Positions 21,514 to 33,005 of a stretch of 64,000 nt of DNA are shown in pieces. The stretch is taken from positions 5,216,001-5,280,000 of the forward strand of contig CBDCNP010000002.1 of the NCBI GenBank assembly GCA_965219415.1. The letters are read 5' to 3'. The notes beneath the pieces are model-generated. The model did not search any database. It worked only from the letters and a program-made list of their open reading frames with translations, and was not told the origin of the DNA. Within the stretch, counting starts at the first letter, position 1, and every line of letters starts with the position of its first letter. Source of the DNA: Candidatus Marinacidobacterales bacterium. GTDB lineage: Bacteria; Acidobacteriota; Vicinamibacteria; Marinacidobacterales; DATDRI01. A program made the translations under genes and the position numbers.

Positions 21514-23676
21514 ATGAACATGATTCGCTTCGAAGACATCCTGGAAAAGGTGCGCGCCTACCAACCGGAAGGGGACCTCGATCTGCTGCGACGCGCCTAC
21601 GTGTTCTCCGCGCGAGAACACCGAGACCAGGTGCGGATGTCCGGCGAGCCGTATTTGGTACACCCGTTGGCGGTGGCAGACATCCTGGCGGACATGAAGC
21701 TCGACGTGGTGTGCGTGGCCTGCGGACTGCTCCACGATGTAGTCGAGGACACACTGACTTCGCTGGATAGCCTCGAAGAGCACTTCGGTTCGGAGGCGGC
21801 TCATATCATCGATGGCCTAACTAAGCTCGGGAAGATTGAGTTCTCTTCCACCGAGGAGCACCAGGCGGAGAATTTTCGCAAGATGCTGATGGCGATGATC
21901 GACGACATTCGTATCATCCTCATCAAGCTCGCCGATCGACTTCACAACATGCGGACGCTCCAGCATTTGCCGGAGGGAAAACGCAGTCGCATCGCCAACG
22001 AGACGCTGGAAATCTACGCGCCGCTGGCGGGCCGATTAGGCATGGGACGGATTCGGGCCGAGCTCGAGGATCTCTGCTTCCGCTTCCTCCAGCCCGACGC
22101 CTACAGCACCCTGGCCAAGCGCGTGGAATCGAAGCGCAAGTGGACGGAAGGCTTCATCTCCGAAATCAAAGGCATTCTGGAGGAAAAACTCACCGAGAAC
22201 GGGGTCCCGGCTGAAGTGAGCGGTCGCATCAAGCGCAGCTATAGCGTCTACCAGAAGATGCAGCGCCAGGGTATCGAGCTCGACCAAGTCTATGACCTCG
22301 TCGCGCTACGTGTTGTCACCGACACCGTGCGCAACTGCTACGGCGCCCTGGGCATCATTCACAACACTTGGCGCCCGGTCCCTGGTCGCATCAAAGACTT
22401 CATCGCCATGCCGAGGCCAAACGGCTATCGTTCGCTTCACTCCAGCGTCATTCCCGCCTCCGGCGTCCCTTTCGAGATCCAAATCCGAACACCCGAAATG
22501 CACCAGATCGCCGAAGAAGGCATCGCCGCACATTGGAAGTACAAAGAAGGCAAACCTCTCGAGGAAGACGACGTCCGCAATTTCGCCTGGCTCCGCCAAA
22601 TTATCGAATGGCAGCGGGAAGTCAAGGACCCGCACGAGTTCCTCAACAGCCTCAAAATCGATCTCTATCCCGAAGACGTCTACTGCTTCACACCCAAGGG
22701 TGAAGTGAAGTCGTTCGCACGTGGCGCAACCCCGGTTGATTTCGCCTACGCCATTCACACCGACGTCGGTCACCAGTGCGTTGGCGCCAGAGTCAACGGG
22801 AAACTCGTCCCCCTCCGATATCGGTTGAAGAATGGCGACATCGTCGAGATCGTCACCGCCCCCGGTCACCGGCCGAGCCGTGACTGGCTGTCCTTGGTTG
22901 TCACGTCCCGCGCCCGCAGCAAGATCAAAACCTTCCTGAATACCAACGAGAAGCAACGCAGTATCGAGATCGGAAAAAAGGTTCTGGAGAAGGAAGCGCG
23001 CCGTTTCGGTATGGCCCTCAAGGGCATCACCGCGTCCGAAGGGTTTCCTGAGCTCCTAAAGGACCACGGCAGTGGAAAGGCCGACGATCTATACGCCGCG
23101 GTCGGCTACGGCAAGGTCTCCCCCCGGCAGATAATCGCTCGCTTCGTGCCGGCGGAGAAGATGGACAAAAAGGACGGTGCCAGAACCAGCCTGGCCCAGG
23201 TCGTGCGCCGCGTACTCCGCGTACCGGAAGACAAAATTCTGGTCAGGGGAATCAACGATTTGCTGGTGTTTCGGGCGAAATGCTGCAACCCGATTCCGGG
23301 CGAAAAGATTACCGGCTACATCACGCGCGGGAAAGGAGTCTCCGTCCACTCCGTCAATTGCCCGAACGTGCTCAATCTGATGTACGATCCGGAACGGAAG
23401 ATAGAAGTCGAGTGGGAGCGTGACAGCGAAGCGAGGTACGATGTTACGATTTCGGTCGACGTTGACGATCGACAAGGGATCCTGGCGGATATCACTTCGA
23501 TCATCGCCAGCAGCAACACCGATATCCGAAACATCGAGGCCAAAACCTTCGAGGATCGCAAGGGAGCGATCGATGTTACCTTGTCCATCAATGATCTGAA
23601 GCATCTGGAACGCATCACTCGCTCGATTCGATCGGTCGACGGAGTCCGAGACATCGCACGGCATACTCCTCACTAG
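21514..23676 (+). CDS. relA: Bifunctional (p)ppGpp synthetase/hydrolase (long RSH)
   Basis: HD domain (LLHDVVEDT), synthetase (NGYRSLH, EIQIRT), TGS (FTPKG) and ACT domains. Confidence 0.96.
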   Translation: MNMIRFEDILEKVRAYQPEGDLDLLRRAYVFSAREHRDQVRMSGEPYLVHPLAVADILADMKLDVVCVACGLLHDVVEDTLTSLDSLEEHFGSEAAHIIDGLTKLGKIEFSSTEEHQAENFRKMLMAMIDDIRIILIKLADRLHNMRTLQHLPEGKRSRIANETLEIYAPLAGRLGMGRIRAELEDLCFRFLQPDAYSTLAKRVESKRKWTEGFISEIKGILEEKLTENGVPAEVSGRIKRSYSVYQKMQRQGIELDQVYDLVALRVVTDTVRNCYGALGIIHNTWRPVPGRIKDFIAMPRPNGYRSLHSSVIPASGVPFEIQIRTPEMHQIAEEGIAAHWKYKEGKPLEEDDVRNFAWLRQIIEWQREVKDPHEFLNSLKIDLYPEDVYCFTPKGEVKSFARGATPVDFAYAIHTDVGHQCVGARVNGKLVPLRYRLKNGDIVEIVTAPGHRPSRDWLSLVVTSRARSKIKTFLNTNEKQRSIEIGKKVLEKEARRFGMALKGITASEGFPELLKDHGSGKADDLYAAVGYGKVSPRQIIARFVPAEKMDKKDGARTSLAQVVRRVLRVPEDKILVRGINDLLVFRAKCCNPIPGEKITGYITRGKGVSVHSVNCPNVLNLMYDPERKIEVEWERDSEARYDVTISVDVDDRQGILADITSIIASSNTDIRNIEAKTFEDRKGAIDVTLSINDLKHLERITRSIRSVDGVRDIARHTPH

Positions 23677-23738
23677 TCCGGCGTCGGCCTTGTTTTCAAG
23701 CTTACCTGTTGACACCCTTAACCCTAACCGGAGAACTC

Positions 23739-24308
23739 ATGGACAAAAAAGCCCTTATTACCGACAAAGCCCCACGACCCATCGGTCCTTATAGCCAGGC
23801 GATCAAAGCGGGAAATTTCCTTTTCCTGGCAGGTCAAGTATCGCTGGATCCCGCCACCAATGAATTCGTAGAGGGTGACATCGCGGCTCAGACGAGGCGT
23901 GCGATGGACAACCTAATGGCGGTTCTCGACAACGCGGGCCTCGGGCCTCAAAACGTCGTCAAGGTAACGGTATACCTCGCGGACATGGACGACTTCGCCG
24001 CCATGAACGAAGTCTACGGCACGTACTTCAAGGAGGCCCCACCGGCTAGGGCGGCTATTCAGGTGTCGCGTCTACCGAAGGACGGCAAGGTCGAAATCGA
24101 CATGATCGCCCTCGCCATCGTCAAGGGCGGCGGGCAAGATAATAATGTGTACACAATCTGTCCAAACGCAGCATCCCAGGCACCCTCCGAACCCACACCG
24201 AATGAGAAGGTCGGGAACCCGAATGGGCGAGTCGAAAGAGGACTCTTGAGCCTTCAGAGCGTCGCAAAAGGCAATAAAAGGCGGGCGTGGGCGGTCAGGC
24301 CGCTTTGA
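23739..24308 (+). CDS. ridA: RidA/YjgF family imine deaminase with an atypical C-terminal extension
   Basis: [29 protein letters not shown]; SD GGAG before the ATG at 23739. Confidence 0.88.
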   Translation: MDKKALITDKAPRPIGPYSQAIKAGNFLFLAGQVSLDPATNEFVEGDIAAQTRRAMDNLMAVLDNAGLGPQNVVKVTVYLADMDDFAAMNEVYGTYFKEAPPARAAIQVSRLPKDGKVEIDMIALAIVKGGGQDNNVYTICPNAASQAPSEPTPNEKVGNPNGRVERGLLSLQSVAKGNKRRAWAVRPL

Positions 24309-24486
24309 CGATTTTGCCGGAGCGGATGCAGCGCGTGCAGACGCGGATGCGTTTTCGAACGCCATCGATGATGGCATGGACCCGCTGAAGGTTCGGGTAC
24401 CACTTTCTTTTCGTCAAATTGTGGGCATGGCTAACCCGGTTGCCGCTCCGGGGACCCTTGCCACAAATCTCACAGACTCTTGCCAT
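24295..24486 (-). CDS. rpmB: 50S ribosomal protein L28
   Basis: [34 protein letters not shown]. Confidence 0.97.
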   Translation of the reverse strand: MARVCEICGKGPRSGNRVSHAHNLTKRKWYPNLQRVHAIIDGVRKRIRVCTRCIRSGKIVKAA

Positions 24487-24559
24487 GCTTCGTAAATCCT
24501 TTCCTCAACAAACGCCCATGATAACGGAGCCTTGTGGTCTGCGCAAGTGCTGGGAAATC

Positions 24560-24773
24560 TATCAGCGGCGTTGGGGCCCCACCCCCAATGCCTCATGCTC
24601 CGTCGGCCGGCGACTCCGCATGGGCTCAGGGCTGTTATCAGCGGCGTTGGGGCGAAATCTCTCAGTCGCACGGGGCCCCACCCCCGTGCTCGTCGCTTCG
24701 GCAACCGGTGCCTGCGCGACAGCTGAAGGCTCCCCCCGCTCGCTACTCGCGCGGCGACTCGCCGCGCTCGGGC
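24560..24773 (-). repeat. Composite REP/BIME-like intergenic repeat
   Basis: Two GGGGCCCCACCCCC cores, duplicated ATCAGCGGCGTTGGGGC and the GACAGCTGAAGGCTCC module. Confidence 0.7.
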
Positions 24774-26195
24774 TCAAGGCTGTGCGCATTCATCACAGGA
24801 GCAGAGCTCCCGCAAACTACTGAAGCTGTATATGCCGGTATTGTGCCCGTCCGACCAGGAGACCTGGATGGCGTAGTTCCCCACCGGATTGATGCCGAGG
24901 GCGCGGAAGTCCGAGGGCAGAAGCAAGATCAGATTCTTGCGCTTTCCCGTCCACTCGTCGACACAAACCGCACAGGGGCAATGGTTGCGCAACAGCTCGA
25001 ACGGATAACGCGAGTCGTGACCGTCCGCCCAAACGATCCGTAACTTGCCCTCGCCCTCGCTGATCTCCTTCGGCTTCACCGTGCCACTCTCGTGTTTCAC
25101 GACCGAGACGGCCGCAGCCAAACGTTTGGCGATGGCAAGATACGCTTGGGAAGCGGGAGAGTCGGGATTCCTGGCCACTATCGGTTCGCCCTCGTCGCCG
25201 CTGACGACGATTTCCGGGTCGATGGGAATACCACCTAGAAAAGGCAGGCCCAGCTCGCTGCAGATCTTCTCGCCTCCGCCCTGGCTGAAGATATGAGTGC
25301 GCTCCTGGCAGTGGGAACACTCGAAGTAGCTCATGTTCTCGATGACGCCGAGCACCGGGACCTGAACCGGTTGAAACATCCGAAGCCCCTTCTCCGCGAT
25401 CGTCCGCGCAACGTCCTGGGGGGTCGTCACGATGGCCGCGCCGGTTAACGGCACACTCTGTGTCAGGGTGAGCTGAACGTCACCCGTTCCCGGAGGCAAG
25501 TCGATGATGAGATAGTCGAGCGCCCCCCAAGCCACACCAGCGAGGAATTGCTGGATCAGCTTGGTGGCCATGGGACCTCGCCAAATTACCGGCGTCTCTT
25601 TGGTGGTGAGGAGGCCCATCGACATGAGCTTGATGCCGTGGGCCTCGACCGGGATCAAGCGGCGGTCCTGATCGGCCTCTGGTCTTTGATCGATTCCGAA
25701 CATCGTTCCCTGTGACGGTCCGTACACGTCGGCATCACACAATCCGACCGAAGCTCCCGTCTGCTGGAGAGCCACCGCCAGGTTCGCAGCGACGGTGGAC
25801 TTTCCGACTCCGCCTTTCCCCGACGCGATGGCTACCATGCTTTGGATCTCCGACAACGGCGACGCCTGTCCAGCCGGTCCGGCCGGTCCGGGATCGCGAA
25901 CGTGCGGGGTCGAGGAGATCGAAACATTCACCTCTTCGATTCCCGAAAGCCCCTTGACCGCCGCTTCCGCCTCCGATCTCAGCTGTTCTTTCACCAAGCT
26001 CGTGGGTGAGCTGCGTTCGATATCGAAAGTAACAATCGGGGAACAGATTTTGATGTTCTTCACGAACCCCAGCGACACGATATCTCGTCGCAAATCCGGA
26101 TCCTGAACGGTCTTCAACCGCTCTAGTACGTCGGCTTCGTCGATCTTGCCAGCCTTGTCTGGGGAGCCTGCTGTGTCGGCCTTACCGCGTTGCAT
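24774..26195 (-). CDS. mrp: Mrp/ApbC Fe-S cluster carrier ATPase with N-terminal DUF59-like and C-terminal DUF971-like domains
   Basis: SGKGGVGKST, DADVYGPS, WRGPM, DLPPGTGD, ENMSYFECSHC; C-terminal LRNHCPCAVC..GNYAIQVSWSDGHNTGIYS. Confidence 0.9.
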   Translation of the reverse strand: MQRGKADTAGSPDKAGKIDEADVLERLKTVQDPDLRRDIVSLGFVKNIKICSPIVTFDIERSSPTSLVKEQLRSEAEAAVKGLSGIEEVNVSISSTPHVRDPGPAGPAGQASPLSEIQSMVAIASGKGGVGKSTVAANLAVALQQTGASVGLCDADVYGPSQGTMFGIDQRPEADQDRRLIPVEAHGIKLMSMGLLTTKETPVIWRGPMATKLIQQFLAGVAWGALDYLIIDLPPGTGDVQLTLTQSVPLTGAAIVTTPQDVARTIAEKGLRMFQPVQVPVLGVIENMSYFECSHCQERTHIFSQGGGEKICSELGLPFLGGIPIDPEIVVSGDEGEPIVARNPDSPASQAYLAIAKRLAAAVSVVKHESGTVKPKEISEGEGKLRIVWADGHDSRYPFELLRNHCPCAVCVDEWTGKRKNLILLLPSDFRALGINPVGNYAIQVSWSDGHNTGIYSFSSLRELCSCDECAQP

Positions 26196-26309
26196 ATTCC
26201 CTCCGCGTGAATCGCCGACTTATTATAGTCACAACGCCGACGCGCCCGCCCATTAGAGCAGCTCTCTCCCCTTGGCCTCCCCGAGGCCGTCGGTCTATGA
26301 TGTTGAGCA

Positions 26310-27485
26310 ATGCCAGCGATTCGTTGTTACGATCTCTACAAAACATACGACGGGCAGGTCGAGGCGGTACGAGGCCTGGACCTGACGGTCGAAGAGGGCG
26401 AGTGCTTCGGCCTTTTGGGGCCCAACGGTGCTGGCAAGACGACCACCATCGAGATCTTGGAAGGTTTGCTCCCGCCCACCGCCGGCGATGTCGAAGTGCT
26501 GGGTAGACGCTGGGGAGATCACGATGCGGAGATCAGAGAACGGCTAGGGGATCGCTCTCGGATTGGGAATCGCGTTTCGTAACAAACCTCTGGAGCGAAT
26601 CGCAATCGCGGTGGAAGAGCACACCGAGGCGGCGGCCATCGTCGAGCTTCTGAACGGAAAGCCCCCAATTCGACGCACGGCTGCTCTCCGACCGCGAGAG
26701 CGCCTCGCAGCTCAGACTTGGCAAGGTGGCACTGGTCCTCGTGCCCGGCCGCGGTTACGAGTATCGATTCGACCCCAATCGACCAGACAGCCTCCTGGCG
26801 CGGGCGCTCGTGGATCAATTCCTCCAAGAATCCGCAGGAAGGAAGGACCCCGTCGAGAAAATCGAAACTCCGGTAAGCGAGCCCGGCGCCCCGTTATATC
26901 GACTTCCTAATACCTGGTCTCATGGGCTTGAACCTCATGAGCGGGGGCATGTGGGGCGTGGGTTTCGTCACCGTGGATATGAGAAGCCGCAAGCTGCTCA
27001 AGCGCCTGGTCGCGACGCCAATGCGGAAGAGCGAGTTCCTTTCCGCCTTGATCGCGAGTCGTATCGTTTTCATGTTCATAGAGGTGTTGCTTCTGCTCGC
27101 CTTTGGATGGCTGGTGTTTGACTTGGTCTTGCGCGGCTCGTTTCTTCTCACCTTGGCCATCGGTTTCCTGGGTGCACTCTGTTTCGGAAGCCTGGGGTTG
27201 TTGGTGGCGAGTCGGGCCCGGAAGGTGGAAGCGGTTTCTGGGCTCATGAACCTAGTGATGCTTCCTATGTTCGTCTTCTCAGGAATCTTTTTCTCGTCCG
27301 ACAGGTTCCCCGATGCGATCCAACCGGCAATAAGAGCGCTTCCGCTCACCGCTCTGAACGACGCCTTACGGTCAGTCATCATCGAAGGTGCAGACTTCGC
27401 CTCTCAAATTGGAAGGATCGCTATCCTAGTGGCGTGGATGTTGGTGAGCTTCGCAGTGTCTTTGCGAATCTTTCGTTGGAGTTGA
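26310..27485 (+). pseudogene. ABC-2 exporter remnant: ATPase N-terminus joined to a frameshifted permease
   Basis: Walker [10 protein letters not shown], then the ATPase stops near 26550; the permease continues in three frames (26563, 26726, 26922). Confidence 0.8.
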
Positions 27486-27511
27486 CGAAGCGCCAGTCGA
27501 GCTTTCGCATC

Positions 27512-27592
27512 GTGTTGGCCGCCAAACTGTGGGGTTGTGCCTCTATCCACCTAGCCAGGCGGCGGGGGTGGGGCCCCAACGACGCTAATAGA
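27512..27592 (+). repeat. REP-like intergenic repeat copy between convergent genes
   Basis: GTGTTGGCCGCCAAA...CTATCCACCTAGCCAGGCGGCGGGGGTGGGGCCCC. Confidence 0.75.
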
Positions 27593-27596
27593 AGAC

Positions 27597-28646
27597 CTAT
27601 TTCAGAGAGTCCATGACTTCTTCTAGGACTTCCTTGGGAGGTCGGAGCTTTGCTTGGGGAAGGTGTGACAACGGCTCATCCACGAGATTGAGAAGCTCCA
27701 GAAAGTTCTCGCGGTCGGGATCCACGTAGAGCAAGCCGGTAATGAATTGCTGGTTCTCCATGGCCCCGCGAATCAGATCCAGCGCACGACGGGCATCGGT
27801 GGGATCGTAGTTGCGCTCGAGCTTCTTGAGCACGATACGAGAACCGTCGTGAAGCTCCACTTCGATGGCACTTCCCTCTTCGTACTCCACCTGAATTTGC
27901 TCGAAGTAAGGAACAAAGCCCACTTCATGGAGCATGTCTTCGTTCTCTTTGCCCCAGGTGTAGCTCTTGGTGGAGCCAGGGTGATTGTTGAAGGTCACGC
28001 AAGGGCTGATGATATCCAAAACCGCCGTTCCTTTGTGGGAGAGAGCGCCTTCGAGCAGCGCCAAGACCTGTTTCGGATCGCCGGCAAACGACCTCGCCAC
28101 GTAGGTCGCGCCCAGCTCAACAGCCATGGTGCACAAATCGATCGCCGGCAGGTCGTTGACTACGCCCGTTTTCAATTTGGAACCAAGATCGGCGGTTGCC
28201 GAAAACTGACCCTTGGTAAGTCCGTAAACGCCATTGTTCTCGACAATGTAGACCATGGGCAAATTCCGGCGCATCAAATGAACGAACTGGCCGACACCGA
28301 TCGAAGCGGTGTCGCCGTCCCCGGAAACGCCGACCGCCCTCAGGCTCCGATTGGCGAGTACCGTCCCGGTCGCCACCGAAGGCATTCGGCCGTGCACCCC
28401 ATTGAACCCATGGCTCTTGCCCAAGAAGTAGGCCGGCGTCTTTGAGGAGCAGCCAATCCCTGAGAGCTTCGCCACTTGGTGCGGGTGGACACCCAGCTCG
28501 TAGAACGCCTTGGTGAGTTGGCTACTGATGGAGTCGTGGCCGCAGCCGCTGCACAACGTCGAAGGTTGTCCCTTGTAGTCGAGCAACGCGAGGCCAATGC
28601 GATTCGTCTTCTTGGGGGGGCCGGGACGCTCTGTTACGGTGACCAT
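27597..28646 (-). CDS. korB: 2-oxoacid:ferredoxin oxidoreductase beta subunit
   Basis: LCSGCGH, SGIGCSSK, HGR, SGDGD, NNGVYGLTKGQFS. Confidence 0.93.
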   Translation of the reverse strand: MVTVTERPGPPKKTNRIGLALLDYKGQPSTLCSGCGHDSISSQLTKAFYELGVHPHQVAKLSGIGCSSKTPAYFLGKSHGFNGVHGRMPSVATGTVLANRSLRAVGVSGDGDTASIGVGQFVHLMRRNLPMVYIVENNGVYGLTKGQFSATADLGSKLKTGVVNDLPAIDLCTMAVELGATYVARSFAGDPKQVLALLEGALSHKGTAVLDIISPCVTFNNHPGSTKSYTWGKENEDMLHEVGFVPYFEQIQVEYEEGSAIEVELHDGSRIVLKKLERNYDPTDARRALDLIRGAMENQQFITGLLYVDPDRENFLELLNLVDEPLSHLPQAKLRPPKEVLEEVMDSLK

Positions 28647-28655
28647 CTTGAACTC

Positions 28656-30551
28656 CTATGCGTTTTTCTTTGCGGGCTTGCTTGACTTGGAAGAGGGGTT
28701 AGACGTTTTCTTCTCGGAGGCCACGACCCCATCGGTCACGGAGCGTGCATCGATGGGCAGGCCGTTGTAGTGGAGAACGCTTCTGAGCTTGTCCTGCTCG
28801 CCGGGCTCGTTCGAAACCTCGAGACGTAGGAGCTGCGCCATTTGCGCGTCGCGATTCTGCTCGACGACGTAGACTCGTTTGCAGGATCGAATGAACGATG
28901 CGACCTTCCCGGTGAATGGCAGGGCGCGGAGGCGAAGATAGCGTGTCTTGAGATTCTCATCCGCCTCCAACTGATCTCGTGACTCCATCACCGCCCAATG
29001 AGAGCTCCCGAAAGCAATAATCCCGATCTCCGTATCGGCCTCACCCACGACTTCGGGGGCGGGGACGTATCTGCGGGCCGTCTCGAACTTACGGGCCAGT
29101 CGTTCCATATTGTCTTGATAATCACCGGGGCGCTCGGTGTACTGCGCGCTCTCGTTGTGACCGCTCCCGCGCGTAAAGTAAGCGGCCGCGGGATGGTCGG
29201 TTCCGGGAAGCGTTCGATACGGGATCCCATCGCCATCGACGTCACGATAGCGTCCAAAGCTGCCCAGCTTTTCCAGATCTTCTGCGGTCAGAACTTTCCC
29301 GCGGTCGAAGGGTTTTTCCGGGTATGAAAACGGATCCGCCATCCAGTAGTTCATCCCCAAATCCAGGTCGGATAGGACGAACACCGGGGTCTGCAGGCGT
29401 TCGGCCAGATTGAACGATTCTGCACCGAACTCGAAACACTCCTCGACTGAGGCCGGAAGAAGGCAAACATGCTTGGTGTCTCCATGCGACAGAAGGTGAG
29501 TGGACATGACGTCCCCCTGCGCCGTTCGCGTTGGAAGGCCGGTGGATGGACCCACCCGCTGGATATCCCAGATGACGACCGGGATCTCGGCGTAGTATCC
29601 GAACCCGGCGAATTCCGACATCAACGAAATGCCCGGGCCACTGGTGGCGGTCATGGAGCGAGCCCCCGACCAGCCTCCGCCGAGCGCCATGCCGATGGCC
29701 GCCAACTCGTCTTCCGCCTGCACGATGGCAAAGGTGGCCTTACCCGTCTCTTTGTCGATCCGATATTGCCTCATGAAATCGATGAGCTGCTCGCAAACAC
29801 TGGAAGAGGGCGTGATGGGGTACCAGGTCACGACGCTGACACCGCCGAACATCGCCCCCAGCGCGGCCGCCGCGTTACCGTCGATCAAGACCTTGCCCTC
29901 GGTCTTGTTCATGCGTTCCACGCGAAGCGGATCGGTCTTGGTAAGGTTCTGCTGGGCAAACTCAAATCCCAAGTCGATTGCCTTTTGATTGAGCTCGATC
30001 GCCTTTTTCTTCGACTTGAACTGTTTGCTGACCGCGGTCTGGATCTCTCCCTTGTCGATGGACAGCAGCTGTCCGACCACGCCGACATAAATCATGTTCG
30101 CCAAGAGCTTGCGAAGCTTGACCTCCGGTATCAATTCCTTGGCTAGCTCCGCGAATGGGACGGGGTAGTAAACCAGGTCGGAGCGCGAACCCTCGAGCTT
30201 GAGCGATCGCTCGTAAACGACGGCCGCCCCCGGCCCCAGGCTCGCAACGTCCTCGCGCGCCGTCTGGGGATTCATCGCCACCAGGAAGTCGATCTCTTTA
30301 CGGCGAGCGATGTACCCGTGCTTGCTGGCTCGAATCGTGAACCAGGTGGGGAGGCCGGCGATGTTTGAAGGAAAGAGATTCTTGCCGCTGACCGGCACGC
30401 CCATGCGAAAAATGGAACGCATGAGAACGTTGTTGGACGATTGACTCCCCGAGCCGTTAACCGTTGCTACTTGGATCGAAAAGTCGTTGATGACTGGCTC
30501 TGGTTGAGCCTCCTGCTCCTGCTTCTCACTCACTGCCGCTTCTGTAGTCAT
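28656..30551 (-). CDS. korA: 2-oxoacid:acceptor oxidoreductase alpha subunit
   Basis: WYPITPSSS, QAEDELAA, TSGPG, QRVGPSTGLPT. Confidence 0.93.
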   Translation of the reverse strand: MTTEAAVSEKQEQEAQPEPVINDFSIQVATVNGSGSQSSNNVLMRSIFRMGVPVSGKNLFPSNIAGLPTWFTIRASKHGYIARRKEIDFLVAMNPQTAREDVASLGPGAAVVYERSLKLEGSRSDLVYYPVPFAELAKELIPEVKLRKLLANMIYVGVVGQLLSIDKGEIQTAVSKQFKSKKKAIELNQKAIDLGFEFAQQNLTKTDPLRVERMNKTEGKVLIDGNAAAALGAMFGGVSVVTWYPITPSSSVCEQLIDFMRQYRIDKETGKATFAIVQAEDELAAIGMALGGGWSGARSMTATSGPGISLMSEFAGFGYYAEIPVVIWDIQRVGPSTGLPTRTAQGDVMSTHLLSHGDTKHVCLLPASVEECFEFGAESFNLAERLQTPVFVLSDLDLGMNYWMADPFSYPEKPFDRGKVLTAEDLEKLGSFGRYRDVDGDGIPYRTLPGTDHPAAAYFTRGSGHNESAQYTERPGDYQDNMERLARKFETARRYVPAPEVVGEADTEIGIIAFGSSHWAVMESRDQLEADENLKTRYLRLRALPFTGKVASFIRSCKRVYVVEQNRDAQMAQLLRLEVSNEPGEQDKLRSVLHYNGLPIDARSVTDGVVASEKKTSNPSSKSSKPAKKNA

Positions 30552-30783
30552 CGTGGGAATCTCCCGATAGGGCTGATCGCGCTTAGGGCATTAAGACATG
30601 ATAACAAATCACTTAGCTTTATTGAACCCGCTTCGACGAGAAACTTGTCGGCAAGACGGCGGCAATGTCTCCGCCTCGTCGGTCGGGCCACCCTCGGGGC
30701 CACGCTGAGGAGCGACAGCCTCTTTTGAGTCCCTTAGTCCCAGCATACAAAGTGGCTCTCTTCGTCGCAAGACTCCTTCTTGC

Positions 30784-32193
30784 TTACTTACGACGGGCCC
30801 GGCTCAATTCCAGGTTGCGTCCCGGTACACGCTTGCGGGATACGCCGTACCGAGCAATCTTGTAGTGGAGGGCCCGCGGACTGATCCCGAGGATTCTCGC
30901 CGCCTTCTGACGGTGGTCGGTGACCTCTTCCAACGTCTTCCGGATCATGATTTCCTCCACCTTGCGCAGTGGCGTCCCGAGAGGAACGTAGATTTCCCGA
31001 GCGGTCCCATCGGAGCTCACCAATTCGGGCGGCAAATGCTCGGGGCGGATGGTGATCGAGTCCACGGTGACCGTCATCCGCTCGATCACGTTCCTCAGCT
31101 CACGTATATTGCCGGGCCAGCCATAGCGCATCAGGATCTCTAGAGCCTCTCGACTTAGCTTCTTGACCCGCTTTCGGTTCATCTGCGCGAATTCCTTCAA
31201 GAAACTGTCGGCGAGCAGAGGGATGTCTTCTCGCCGCTCGCGTAGGGACGGCAAGTGAATCGGCACCACCGCCAAGCGATAGTAGAGGTCCTGACGAAAA
31301 CGGCCGGCCTCGGCTTCCTCCTTCAAGTCCTTGTTAGTGGCGGCGATGATGCGGACATCGACCCGGATCGTCTTGTCGCCGCCCAGTCGCAACAGCTCTT
31401 TCTCCTGCAGCACCCTCAAGAACTCCACCTGCATCTTTGGGGTCATCTCGCCCACTTCGTCCAGAAGCAGGGTGCCGCCGTGGGCGAGCTCGATCCTTCC
31501 CGCCTTGGTTTCGACCGCGCCGGTGAAAGCTCCCCGCTCAAAACCGAAGAGCTCGCTCTCTAACAGCCCTTCGGGAAGCGCTCCGCAGTTGATCGTGACG
31601 AAAGGGCCATCTGGGCGATCTCCCCGCTTGTGGATCGCCTTGGCCACCAGTTCCTTCCCAGTACCACTTTCCCCGGTGAGAAGGACTGTGGCGTTGGTAG
31701 CGGCCACCTGAGAAGCCACTTCGTAGACTTCCGTGATGAGGCGGCTCTTCCCTACCACCTTGCCATACTCGTCTTTCAAGGACAGCCGTTGCCTGAGACT
31801 GCGATTCTCCTGGGCGAGGCGCCGCTTCTCGAGCGCCCGCTCCGCCAGGACCGAAAGTCTTGCGAGGTCGAGCGGCTTGAGAAGATAGTCATAGGCCCCC
31901 TCCCTCATCGCCTCCACCGCGGCCTCGATGGAGCCGTGAGAGGCGGTCACCATAACTTCGGTTTGGGGTGATTGCTGCTTGAGCTCCGCAAGGCGGTCCG
32001 CCCAGTCGCTGCCAAGAATGCTTAGATCCAAGATAACCAAGTCGTAGTCGTTTCTCGAAGCTCGCCCCGTAGCACCATCGATGCGCTCGGGCGCATCCAC
32101 AGAAAAACCCCGGGGACTCAAGGCCTCGACGATGGCCTGTCGTTCCCGCTGCTCGGGCTCGATGACCAGAATCCGCTCTCGGCGCGACGGCAT
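30784..32193 (-). CDS. NtrC-family sigma-54-dependent response regulator
   Basis: Receiver domain, GESGTGKE, ESELFG..GAFTGA, Fis-type HTH; likely start MPSRRER at 32193. Confidence 0.93.
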   Translation of the reverse strand: MPSRRERILVIEPEQRERQAIVEALSPRGFSVDAPERIDGATGRASRNDYDLVILDLSILGSDWADRLAELKQQSPQTEVMVTASHGSIEAAVEAMREGAYDYLLKPLDLARLSVLAERALEKRRLAQENRSLRQRLSLKDEYGKVVGKSRLITEVYEVASQVAATNATVLLTGESGTGKELVAKAIHKRGDRPDGPFVTINCGALPEGLLESELFGFERGAFTGAVETKAGRIELAHGGTLLLDEVGEMTPKMQVEFLRVLQEKELLRLGGDKTIRVDVRIIAATNKDLKEEAEAGRFRQDLYYRLAVVPIHLPSLRERREDIPLLADSFLKEFAQMNRKRVKKLSREALEILMRYGWPGNIRELRNVIERMTVTVDSITIRPEHLPPELVSSDGTAREIYVPLGTPLRKVEEIMIRKTLEEVTDHRQKAARILGISPRALHYKIARYGVSRKRVPGRNLELSRARRK

Positions 32194-33005
32194 AGGCTTA
32201 CTGTTCCCAGCCCGGCTGGCGGCCAGGGGCGAATTCGGCCACCTGAAACCATCCCGCACGCTCGACGATCGCTGCTCCAACCGAAGCGGGAGCTGAATAC
32301 CCTTGGTCTTGCGGTGGCCGGGGTTTCGGTGCAACAGATCTTGCACTTGCCGTTTGGTCTCCTCGTAACGCCCGGCTTTTTGTAGATGCGAGACAACGGA
32401 AAATCGAGGTCTCGAATCCGCTGGTCGTTTTAGGAGACTCTGCTGTAAGTTGTGGATCAAGTTGCCGTAGTGATTCCGAGTCTTCGGCGGCCGGCGAGCT
32501 CGCCGCCACTTCGCTGACGAAAGACTCTTCCGCATAACAACCGACCCTTAGCATCCTCAGCAATGGACGTGCCAGCAGTCGGGCGCGGCGCGGGCCTCTA
32601 AGACCTTCTGAAAGAGGGGTTTCCAAACCGTCTCTTGGCGCATCGAAGACCCTTGTCTCTACCTGCATTGTTTGCACTCGATCCAAAACTAGCCCATGGC
32701 GAGTATGTGGTCAAATGACTCGGGGAGGGCTGTCATTTCGCCAAATTTGCGCGAGATCGGTCCGAGGATGTCTCTGCACTTCTTGCGTTGTGGATGTGAC
32801 GCTTGCACAGTCTGCGTTGTTCAAGTGTCGCCTCGTCTCTCGTCCTGACTTTGGTTCCCGAGTCAGAAGAATGTTCAGGAAGCTGTCGAGCCCCCATGTA
32901 CTTGGCCAAGACAGGACTTCGGCGGGGTCCACACGTAGTCAGGCGGTCGTCAAGCGGCTCTTCGTTGACAGCGACTCGTTGCCGACTCTACACTGGCTTC
33001 AGTAG

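Noticed and set aside
32194-32535. N-terminal extension of the sigma-54 regulator
   Set aside because: Low-information Arg/Ser-rich translation; the receiver domain begins at 32193.
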